Assembly (NCBI GenBank): GCA_020429465.1
Contig: JAGQLH010000001.1
Coordinates: 1-24,000 of the forward strand
DNA: 24,000 nt
Source: Candidatus Dojkabacteria bacterium
GTDB lineage: Bacteria; Patescibacteriota; Dojkabacteria; B142; WJKM01
Reading direction: 5' to 3'
A program made the position numbers and the translations under genes. Below the pieces are notes generated by a model, which saw nothing but the letters and a program-made list of their open reading frames with translations, did not search any database and was not told the origin of the DNA. Within the stretch, counting starts at the first letter, position 1, and each line of letters begins with the position of its first letter. Positions 8,179 to 15,574 of the stretch are shown here, one piece after another.

Positions 8179-9285
8179 ATGACAAATAAAACTATAGAAA
8201 TCTCTGTAAAAGGGAGAGTTCAGGGGGTATACTTTCGAAAATCTGCTGCTAATTTTGCTTCCTCTTTGCGATTAACAGGGTATGTTGAAAATTTACCTAA
8301 CGGATCAGTCCATATTGTTGGGCAAGGACCGGAAAGTCATCTTGAAGAGCTTTTAAAATGGTGTCAGAGGGGGTCATTATTTGCTCATGTAGAAGGTATG
8401 AGTTATGAATGGGTTGAATCTGATGAAATTTTCTCGAGTTTTTCTGTTAAAAGAAAAGGCTCGATATTAAAAGATCAAGCTAAGAGTTTTCTCAATCTTG
8501 GAAAAAAGCTGTCGCATGAATTTGGAGTTATAAATAAAGAAACTACAAATATCCCAGAACACGTTGTTATTATCCCTAATGGAAATAGGACCTGGTCTCG
8601 TGAGAAAGGTTTGAAATCGTGGGAAGGGTATTGGCATGTACTTAAGCATAAAGAAAAATTAATTGATGCAGCACGGGATCTCCATATAAAGCACCTTACT
8701 TTCTGGGGATTTTCTACAGAAAATTGGAAACGAAGTGAAGAAGAAATCGATCAGCTCATGAAGGTATTTCATAGCATTGTTGATAAATTTGGACCTCGGT
8801 TTATTAAGGAACAGGTAAGATTTAGACACATTGGGAGAAAGGATCGTCTTCCTGAAGATTTAGTTGAAAAGATTATTGTGCTCGAAGAAAAGACTAAAGA
8901 TTATCAAGACGAATCAGTTAATATTGCATTTGATTATGGTGGTCGAGACGAGATTCTCAGAGTCGTTGATACACTTATTAAATCAGGTAAGACTGAGGTT
9001 ACTGAAGAAGATTTCTCTGAGTTGCTTGATACAGCTGGACTTCCCGATCCTGACCTTATTATTCGAACGGCTGGAGAAAAACGATTGAGTGGCCTCATGC
9101 CATGGCAATCGGTGTATTCAGAATTTTATTCCACAAATGTATACTTCCCGGACTTTGGTGTAGAACACTTACGAGAGGCAATTTTGGACTTCAGTGCTCG
9201 AAAAAGAACATTTGGTGGAGATAAGAATATTCATGCAAAGCAAACATCAAATCATTCTAAGGTTATTCCTAATATTGCAGTATAG
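8179..9285 (+). CDS. uppS: Acylphosphatase domain fused to isoprenyl transferase (cis-prenyltransferase/UppS family)
   Basis: The ORF track starts at TTG 8155, but ATG 8179 is more likely. The N-terminal ~90 aa (VKGRVQGVYFRKSA...GYVENLPNGSVHIVGQG) carry acylphosphatase signatures. The remainder carries UppS motifs: HVVIIPNGNRTWS, FWGFSTENWKRSEEEIDQLM, AFDYGGRDEI, DLIIRTAGEKRLSG..PWQ and a final FGG. Confidence 0.85.
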   Translation: MTNKTIEISVKGRVQGVYFRKSAANFASSLRLTGYVENLPNGSVHIVGQGPESHLEELLKWCQRGSLFAHVEGMSYEWVESDEIFSSFSVKRKGSILKDQAKSFLNLGKKLSHEFGVINKETTNIPEHVVIIPNGNRTWSREKGLKSWEGYWHVLKHKEKLIDAARDLHIKHLTFWGFSTENWKRSEEEIDQLMKVFHSIVDKFGPRFIKEQVRFRHIGRKDRLPEDLVEKIIVLEEKTKDYQDESVNIAFDYGGRDEILRVVDTLIKSGKTEVTEEDFSELLDTAGLPDPDLIIRTAGEKRLSGLMPWQSVYSEFYSTNVYFPDFGVEHLREAILDFSARKRTFGGDKNIHAKQTSNHSKVIPNIAV

Positions 9286-9378
9286 AAACTTTGTCGCAAC
9301 TAATACTGTGATATACGGTGACAAGTTTATGGTATTTTGATAAACTTCTGTGTAAGTCTATTTATTACGACTACCTCT

Positions 9379-9894
9379 ATGCCACGTGGTGTACGAATGT
9401 TAATCATAACTGTTGCCTTTATTCTTATTGGATTTCTAGGTATTTCTTTATACATGAGATACACGGATGAAAGTGATGTTGCAGATAACTCTTCCGATTC
9501 TGTAGAAGATTTTTATCTGGTACAAGTAGGTGATAATGAGACAATACTTGAGAATGGTGATAACTCCCTTTCCGAAGGTACAAAGATTCCTCGTGATATT
9601 GATGTTTCTATATTACCAGAGCTACCTATTACATCTGAGTTACTTAATGTTACAGATAGTAAGCAGACCAATATTCGAATAATCCTTCTTGATTATAATG
9701 TGATTAGGGATGCGGCTGCAGTTCGAGAGATGGTAGTTAGTGATCTTACTAAAAAAGATTGGGACAGCATAACGCAGTTAGATGATGGTCGAATTGAAGC
9801 AGTGAAAGGTGATTACGAACTTACTGTGACGGTAAATCAACTTGCTGCTTTGAAATCTCTGGTTAATATGGTGATTACTATTCGTTCTGATTAG
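9379..9894 (+). CDS. Hypothetical N-terminally anchored protein
   Basis: ORF track gives 9337..9894 with a TTG start. ATG 9379 gives MPRGVRMLIITVAFILIGFLGISLYM (one TM helix) followed by an acidic soluble domain. I recognise no family. Its 3' end overlaps pth by 17 nt in convergent orientation. Confidence 0.6.
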   Translation: MPRGVRMLIITVAFILIGFLGISLYMRYTDESDVADNSSDSVEDFYLVQVGDNETILENGDNSLSEGTKIPRDIDVSILPELPITSELLNVTDSKQTNIRIILLDYNVIRDAAAVREMVVSDLTKKDWDSITQLDDGRIEAVKGDYELTVTVNQLAALKSLVNMVITIRSD

Positions 9895-10441
9895 TAAACA
9901 GTGTTTCTAGTTTGTTCTTGATTTGTGGAAATACAGTGTCAGTTAGTATGGTTTTCTCGCTTGCTGTAAATGTCCCTAGTACATAGTCTCTACCGCTCAT
10001 ATTGTCTTTCATTGCTTGTGTTCTATTCTCTACTCCGATTCTAAATCTTCCAAACAGTATATCATTCATATGTTGTTCAACAGAGATAATTCCGTTATGT
10101 CCCCGTGGGCCCTTTCCTACATGGTACTTCCAATTTCCTAATTCTATATCTAAATCATCATGAATAATCACAATGTTATCACTACTTATTTTGTAAAATT
10201 TCTGAAGTAGATGTACACTCTGACCCGACCTATTCATGAAAGTGGTTGGTTTTGCAAGAACTAATTTAAGATGTTCGTTAATCTTGGTGGTGGAAACTTC
10301 TGCTAAGAACTTACTATCTTCCCCAAAGGGCTCAAGTTTGAGTTCAGATTGAAGATAGTCTAAGCATAGAAAGCCAGCATTGTGGCGTGTATTTGCATAG
10401 TTCTTTCCTATGTTCCCCAATCCGATAAGTAAAAAAATCAT
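9878..10441 (-). CDS. pth: Peptidyl-tRNA hydrolase
   Basis: MIFLLIGLGNIGKNYANTRHNAGF is the canonical Pth N-terminus with the catalytic His, and HDDLD and GHNG motifs follow. The start is moved to ATG 10441 because the track's GTG 10528 extension would run through the rpmA terminator hairpin. Confidence 0.88.
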   Translation of the reverse strand: MIFLLIGLGNIGKNYANTRHNAGFLCLDYLQSELKLEPFGEDSKFLAEVSTTKINEHLKLVLAKPTTFMNRSGQSVHLLQKFYKISSDNIVIIHDDLDIELGNWKYHVGKGPRGHNGIISVEQHMNDILFGRFRIGVENRTQAMKDNMSGRDYVLGTFTASEKTILTDTVFPQIKNKLETLFTNQNE

Positions 10442-10463
10442 ACTAACACTATTAATATTTGGG

Positions 10464-10501
10464 ATAAAAAAAGACCTTGTACTAGTATCATACAAGGTCT
10501 T
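10464..10501 (-). terminator. Rho-independent terminator after rpmA
   Basis: Minus strand has an 11-bp stem AAGACCTTGTA/TACAAGGTCTT with a 9-nt loop. Including the stem-terminal TT it is followed by a T7 run, 32 nt after the rpmA stop. Confidence 0.75.
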
Positions 10502-10532
10502 ATAAGATCTTTCACTAAGATTCCTCACTAAT

Positions 10533-10946
10533 TTACTTCTTATTAGAAGTTGTTTTCTTTTTAGCTGCAGGCTTCTTTGTTGTTTTCTTAGTCTCAGTAG
10601 TTTTTTTCGCAGTAGATTTCGTAGTTGTTTTCTTAGCCTGTTTTACCGTGGATTTTTTCTTTTTTACTGGTTTTTCAAGATCTTCAGGAAGAAGGATATC
10701 AATACATTTTTGACCTCGTTTATAGCCAGTCATTTCTCGATATCTAACTATTCCTGTTACTTTTGCAAATATTGTGTGATCTTTTCCAATACCTGCATTC
10801 TTTCCTGGGTGGAATTTAGTTCCTAATTGTCTAACAATTATTTCACCTGCGTTTACAGTTTGTCCACCATAGCGTTTAACACCTCTGCGTTTTCCTGCTA
10901 CATTAACTGTTCGTTTTGCGGATCCTTGGGATTTATGTTTAGCCAC
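10533..10946 (-). CDS. rpmA: 50S ribosomal protein L27 with a ~50-aa Lys/Thr-rich C-terminal tail
   Basis: [61 protein letters not shown] is the canonical L27 core. The start codon is GTG. The tail reads [43 protein letters not shown]. Confidence 0.93.
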   Translation of the reverse strand: MAKHKSQGSAKRTVNVAGKRRGVKRYGGQTVNAGEIIVRQLGTKFHPGKNAGIGKDHTIFAKVTGIVRYREMTGYKRGQKCIDILLPEDLEKPVKKKKSTVKQAKKTTTKSTAKKTTETKKTTKKPAAKKKTTSNKK

Positions 10947-10957
10947 TGGTTACAATC

Positions 10958-11392
10958 TTAATAGGTTATATTGGTTACTTTTAGTTTTGTGAGTTGTGCT
11001 CTGTGTCCTACAGTTCGTCGGTATCTTGATTTTGCTTTGAATGTTTTTGTATGAACTTTCTTTCCCTTGAATTGTTCGAGGACTTCTACTTCAACCATTG
11101 CCTTATCGATTGTTGGTTTCCCAATCACTGTTTTTCCATCTGTATGAGTGAGAAGTACTTTATCGAATTTGATTTTCTTTCCAGGTTCTCCATCAATTTT
11201 TTTTACAACAATAATATCTCCTTTTGATACTCGTTCTTGAGAATTTTTGATATCAACGACTACAAAACCATCTGAATTCTTTGTAGTAGTTTTTTTTGCT
11301 ACTGGAGCCTTTTTAGCTGTTTTTGCAGTATCTTTTGCAGTAGTTTTTTTCGAACTAGCTTTTGATGCTGTCTTTTTTTCTGCGTTTGCCAT
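10958..11392 (-). CDS. rplU: 50S ribosomal protein L21 with a ~41-aa Lys/Thr/Ala-rich N-terminal extension
   Basis: The core VVVDIKNSQERVSKGDIIVVKKI...FDKVLL...GKP...VEVEVLEQFKGKKVHTKTFKAKSRYRRTVGHRAQLTKLKV matches the L21 pattern. It forms the conserved rplU-rpmA gene pair. Confidence 0.9.
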   Translation of the reverse strand: MANAEKKTASKASSKKTTAKDTAKTAKKAPVAKKTTTKNSDGFVVVDIKNSQERVSKGDIIVVKKIDGEPGKKIKFDKVLLTHTDGKTVIGKPTIDKAMVEVEVLEQFKGKKVHTKTFKAKSRYRRTVGHRAQLTKLKVTNITY

Positions 11393-11487
11393 GTTTCTGA
11401 AATATGTATGTAAACAAAATGTACGCTTAAACCCTTTTTAAAACTGGACATAGCTGTATGCACAGCAAAGGACGGATAAGCTTTGTA

Positions 11488-11516
11488 ATTATACTAGGTT
11501 TAGCGATTTTGAGCAA
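11488..11516 (-). promoter_or_regulatory. Candidate promoter of rplU-rpmA
   Basis: Minus strand has TTGCTC (11516-11511), a 17-nt spacer and TATAAT (11493-11488). This predicts a 5' UTR of roughly 88 nt containing small hairpins, for example GCUGU-GCAU-ACAGC. Confidence 0.5.
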
Positions 11517-11619
11517 CTTGATATTTTTAACTCGAAAGTTAACTTTTATGATAAGTGGTTCTTGGTGTTCATGAAAATGATTCATTAATCTTAAGATACT
11601 GATTGCATCGAGTGTAGCC

Positions 11620-11628
11620 TGGTATAAT
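11620..11628 (+). promoter_or_regulatory. Extended -10 promoter element (TGgTATAAT) for the lipoprotein gene
   Basis: TGGTATAAT lies at 11620-11628, 25 nt upstream of ATG 11654. No good -35 is present, which is consistent with an extended -10 promoter. A similar TGGTATAGT lies upstream of ftsE on the minus strand (21995-21987). Confidence 0.4.
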
Positions 11629-11653
11629 GATATCTTAAATTACTCAGTAAATT

Positions 11654-12580
11654 ATGGAGCTACCACCATTATTGCGACATAGAAAAAGCATTATATGGAC
11701 ATCATTGCTATTACTTCTCTTAATTGGTTGTAGTCCAAAGTCTAAGCCTGACGGTTCAGATGCAACACCAGACCCAGTTATTTCACCACTGCAGACTGCT
11801 GTGGCGAATGGAGCGGATCTAGGACCGCCATTATTTACTCCTAATCAAGGAGATACTCCTTTGGGGTATCTGCCCGATGAATTTTCTCCTGATGACCCAG
11901 TTGAAGTTGCTGCTAACATAGCAAATCATAGGCTTATGCTTATTGAGCCAAGTGCACTTGAATCAAATTATAATAAATTTGATCCCATGTTCTTGGAAAT
12001 TATAAGAGGAGCTGCATTGACTTTTATGTTTGATCAAAGTGATGCTATTTCAGTTTCAGCAAGTGAAATAAGAGGAGGACCAATATATGAAATAGTAACT
12101 GGAGACACTGATGATTCTTCTGATTTACCTGTTTTGACCTGGCAACGAAAGGTACTTTCAAATCAGGAGGTTACGAATATTCCCCAAATTGTGGAAGAAG
12201 TTCAGATAACATATGGAACGAATTGGGATTTTGATCTGGAAATTGATGAATGGGAAATTTTACCTGGATTCTCAGAAAATTCAGATATATTGCATGTTAC
12301 CATTGAAACATTCTCAGATGATTCAGACTCCCCAACTGCACAACTAATAGCAGATTCTTTAGCTCAAATGTCTCAACATATTTTTGATGATAATCAAACT
12401 AGTGCTGTTTCTGTGGTTATTGAAATAAGAGGGATGGAAGGGAATAATCAAAGTGTAATGATAGAGGCATTTGAAAGATTGGCTAGAGCAAAATTTTACT
12501 ATTCTGGAACGTTGTTGGAAGGAGATTTATATGAGGAATATGCATTAGCAGCATTTCAAATTGAAAATCCTAATAGATAA
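11654..12580 (+). CDS. Hypothetical acidic lipoprotein
   Basis: The signal peptide has a lipobox: ...SLLLLLLIGC|SPKSKPDG. The remainder is acidic, and I recognise no family. Confidence 0.75.
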   Translation: MELPPLLRHRKSIIWTSLLLLLLIGCSPKSKPDGSDATPDPVISPLQTAVANGADLGPPLFTPNQGDTPLGYLPDEFSPDDPVEVAANIANHRLMLIEPSALESNYNKFDPMFLEIIRGAALTFMFDQSDAISVSASEIRGGPIYEIVTGDTDDSSDLPVLTWQRKVLSNQEVTNIPQIVEEVQITYGTNWDFDLEIDEWEILPGFSENSDILHVTIETFSDDSDSPTAQLIADSLAQMSQHIFDDNQTSAVSVVIEIRGMEGNNQSVMIEAFERLARAKFYYSGTLLEGDLYEEYALAAFQIENPNR

Positions 12581-13987
12581 TTAGCCCAATCGTACTACAT
12601 CTTCTGTTTCAATTTCGTATTTACGGATATTTTGTACAAGTCCTAATGCAATTAATGTTACAAGAATAGAGCTTCCTCCATAACTTACCAAAGGAAGTGG
12701 GATTCCAGTTACGGGCATTATTCCTAAGTTCATCCCTACATTAATTATAATATGTGTTAATAACATGCTGCCAACACCGTAGCAGATATATTTCCCATAG
12801 CTATCGGAAGTTTGCAAGCCAAGCAAATAAACACGATATGGGAGTAATAGTAGGACTATAAGAAGTGCTATGCTTCCTGTAAAGCCAAATTGTTCAGCAA
12901 ATGCTGCAAAAATAAAATCAGTGTGGGCGAACGGAAGAATGTGATGATTACTCTGTGTTCCTTGAAGGAATCCCTTTCCAAATACCCTCCCAGATCCAAT
13001 TGCTATTTGAGATTGTCGAACTTGCCACCCTGCTCCTTGGGGGTCACTCATGGGATTGAGGAATGTCTCTATACGAGTTTTCTGGTATGGTGCAAGTACT
13101 TCGTTCCAGGTATAGTTTGCGATTGGAATACTAACAAAACCAATTAAAAGAGCTAGTAATAATAGTACAATCCTCGGGCGTAGAGTTTTTCCGATTAGAA
13201 AAGTACCTAATAAAGTCACAGTTACACCAGTGATTTTTAAAATGAGAGAACTATTTAGATCTAGTAATAGGAATGTAGCTATACCAATAGTAAGTAATAA
13301 TCCGAATGCAAACAGCTCCTTTTTATTGGGATAGAAAAGCAAAGATAGTGAGGCCCAGATGATAAGAGAAATAAGTGTATTTCCCAAGGAGGGCTGTATA
13401 AATATTAGAGCTAGAAATGGACTGATTACTACTATACTAATAAAGATTTTTATGATTCCATCAGAAGTGTTAAATAACTGTGGCGAAAGTTTATGAGATT
13501 TTTGAGGTTGGGATGTCTGAGTAGATGTCCAAGGACCAAGTGTATTTTCTGTGTGAGCTATTTCAATTTTCTTCCAGTTTTCTTTACATCCAAGAACAAA
13601 GATGGCACTCGAAAAAAGGATTATTCCTATCTTTGCATATTCAGCGGGCTGAATATTTACTGGCCCAATACTAATCCATCTATTTGTGCTTGCTATTTCT
13701 GGAGTGAACCACTTCACATAAACAAGGAGGCACAATAGGGTTATGTATAGAGGGATAAGGACTTTATGTTCCTTAAGCCAGTGAAAATCAAAGAATGACA
13801 TAGAGAGATATACAATTATGCCTAGTACTAGCAATAGTAATTGTTTCGAAAATAAGCCTTGTCCTTGTAATACGTTAGTTGCAGTGTATGTAGTGCTATA
13901 GATTGTAGCAGTACCTATAATGAGCAATACAATCGTAAGAATCGTTATTATCCAGTCATGGTTTTTGAAGAGGGATTTTGTGAACAT
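12581..13987 (-). CDS. SEDS-family peptidoglycan glycosyltransferase (FtsW/RodA/SpoVE)
   Basis: Polytopic membrane protein carrying QPAEYAKIGIILF and the C-terminal signature NVGMNLGIMPVTGIPLPLVSYGGSSIL. It has a ~45-aa hydrophilic insertion (KENWKK...SPQLFNTSDG). FtsW and RodA cannot be told apart from sequence alone. Confidence 0.9.
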   Translation of the reverse strand: MFTKSLFKNHDWIITILTIVLLIIGTATIYSTTYTATNVLQGQGLFSKQLLLLVLGIIVYLSMSFFDFHWLKEHKVLIPLYITLLCLLVYVKWFTPEIASTNRWISIGPVNIQPAEYAKIGIILFSSAIFVLGCKENWKKIEIAHTENTLGPWTSTQTSQPQKSHKLSPQLFNTSDGIIKIFISIVVISPFLALIFIQPSLGNTLISLIIWASLSLLFYPNKKELFAFGLLLTIGIATFLLLDLNSSLILKITGVTVTLLGTFLIGKTLRPRIVLLLLALLIGFVSIPIANYTWNEVLAPYQKTRIETFLNPMSDPQGAGWQVRQSQIAIGSGRVFGKGFLQGTQSNHHILPFAHTDFIFAAFAEQFGFTGSIALLIVLLLLPYRVYLLGLQTSDSYGKYICYGVGSMLLTHIIINVGMNLGIMPVTGIPLPLVSYGGSSILVTLIALGLVQNIRKYEIETEDVVRLG

Positions 13988-14047
13988 AGTATTTAAATAA
14001 GTAATGCCATAAGTCGCGGCTTATTTCTGTGTTTAGTATAATCAACT

Positions 14048-14674
14048 ATGAATAAGTCAAAAAGAAAAAAACGAGCGAGCGATATTATAGTACAGTTACG
14101 AAAACGGTATCCATCGGTCTCCCCTCCTCTCAATCATTCATCTGCTTTTGAATTATTGATTGCAGTGATTTTATCTGCTCAATGTACTGACGCTCGTGTA
14201 AATCTTGTTACTCCAGAGCTTTTTAACTATTATAATACACCTGAAAAACTTGCATATGCAGATTTGAATCATGTTAAGGAATTAATCAGAAGTACTGGAT
14301 TTTATAATAATAAATCAAAAAATATTGTGGGGGCGGCTAGGAAAATAGTGGAAGAATTTGATGGTAAAGTTCCGGATACTATGGGGGATCTATTGACGTT
14401 ACCAGGTGTTGCTCGTAAAACTGCAAATGTGGTGCTCGGCCAATGGTTTGGTACTCAAGAAGGGATAGCAGTTGATACGCATATTATTCGTTTATCACAG
14501 CTACTTGGGTTGACTAACCATAGTGATCCTAAAAAAATCGAACAAGATCTGATAGAATTAGTACCGCAAGAAGATTGGACCTACTTTAGTCTTGCATTAA
14601 TTATGTATGGTAGAGAATTTTGTCCTTCAAAGAAACATGACTATACACAGTGCTTTTTGGGTGGTCATGAATAA
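14048..14674 (+). CDS. nth: Endonuclease III (HhH-GPD family) lacking the canonical 4-Cys cluster motif
   Basis: Carries LLIAVILSAQCTDARVN, the HhH motif LPGVARKTANVVL with the catalytic Lys, and VDTHIIR with the catalytic Asp. The C-terminus has only C-x9-C and then ends. Confidence 0.85.
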   Translation: MNKSKRKKRASDIIVQLRKRYPSVSPPLNHSSAFELLIAVILSAQCTDARVNLVTPELFNYYNTPEKLAYADLNHVKELIRSTGFYNNKSKNIVGAARKIVEEFDGKVPDTMGDLLTLPGVARKTANVVLGQWFGTQEGIAVDTHIIRLSQLLGLTNHSDPKKIEQDLIELVPQEDWTYFSLALIMYGREFCPSKKHDYTQCFLGGHE

Positions 14675-14704
14675 TTTTTAATTTATGAAAGTGATAGAAA
14701 ACTT

Positions 14705-15562
14705 ATGATCAAAGATCTTAGTTTCGACCTGTTTGATGTAGTTAATAAAGTAACAACAGATAAGTTTGGAAGAGTATCTGCGTTTCTTGCTATTAACAAG
14801 CCTATTGGTATTACATCTCATGATATTGTTGATAAGGTTCGAAAAAAATTAGGAACAAAAAAAGTGGGGCACGCGGGTGCACTTGATCCGTTTGCTTCGG
14901 GGGTAGTTCTCACTTTAGTAGGGAAAAGATATACGCGATTGGCAGAAGATCTTATTAAATTGGATAAGCGGTATAGAGCTGATGTACTTTTTGGGGTAAC
15001 TACAGATACGCTTGATGTAGAGGGATATGTTACGCAGGTTTCTGATACATCTGTATTTGATTTTGATCGAGTTCCAAAGGTCCTAAAGTCATTTGAGGGA
15101 ACGTATGAGCAATTTGTTCCAGTATTCAGTTCGGTAAAGGTACAGGGGAATAAACTTCGAGTATTGGCACGAAAATCATCACACTTTGAATTTTTCGCTC
15201 AGGAGGGTGAAAAGTGGGTACGCTTTTTCATGGGGAATCAAGAGGATGGATCAGCCAAAATAGTAGAATTGCCATTACCGCACAAACCAGTCAAAATCTC
15301 TGATGTTTCATGTAGTGATAAGGCTACAGTTTCTTTTGATTCTTTAACAGGAGTGTTTACCAAAACAGAAACGGAAATTCCTAATACAAACGCATTGCCT
15401 CGAGCAACTGTAGAATTTGACTGTTCTAAGGGAACGTATGTTAGACAATTCGCTTATGATCTTGCCCAGGAATTAGATCAGGTAGGGATGTTAATTGGGT
15501 TAGAACGGACTCGAGTTGGTGCAATTGGTATTGATCAATGTATTGACATTGAAAGTCTGTAA
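14705..15562 (+). CDS. truB: tRNA pseudouridine(55) synthase TruB (short form, no obvious PUA domain)
   Basis: INKPIGITSHDIVDKVRKKLGTKKVGHAGALDPFASGVVL includes the catalytic Asp in the GxLDP motif. KGTYVRQFAYDLAQEL matches motif III. Confidence 0.9.
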   Translation: MIKDLSFDLFDVVNKVTTDKFGRVSAFLAINKPIGITSHDIVDKVRKKLGTKKVGHAGALDPFASGVVLTLVGKRYTRLAEDLIKLDKRYRADVLFGVTTDTLDVEGYVTQVSDTSVFDFDRVPKVLKSFEGTYEQFVPVFSSVKVQGNKLRVLARKSSHFEFFAQEGEKWVRFFMGNQEDGSAKIVELPLPHKPVKISDVSCSDKATVSFDSLTGVFTKTETEIPNTNALPRATVEFDCSKGTYVRQFAYDLAQELDQVGMLIGLERTRVGAIGIDQCIDIESL

Positions 15563-15574
15563 GGATATTTTCTA

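Noticed and set aside
10442-10528. N-terminal 29-aa extension of pth from GTG 10528
   Set aside because: The extension would be translated through the rpmA terminator hairpin (10464-10501). The canonical Pth N-terminus (MIFLLIGLGNIG) begins at ATG 10441.
11393-11487. Possible ribosomal-protein (L21-type) autoregulatory leader in the ~88-nt rplU 5' UTR
   Set aside because: Only short 5-bp hairpins are visible (CAAAG...CUUUG and GCUGU-GCAU-ACAGC). I cannot recall the Rfam L21-leader consensus well enough to claim a match. A cmscan search would settle it.
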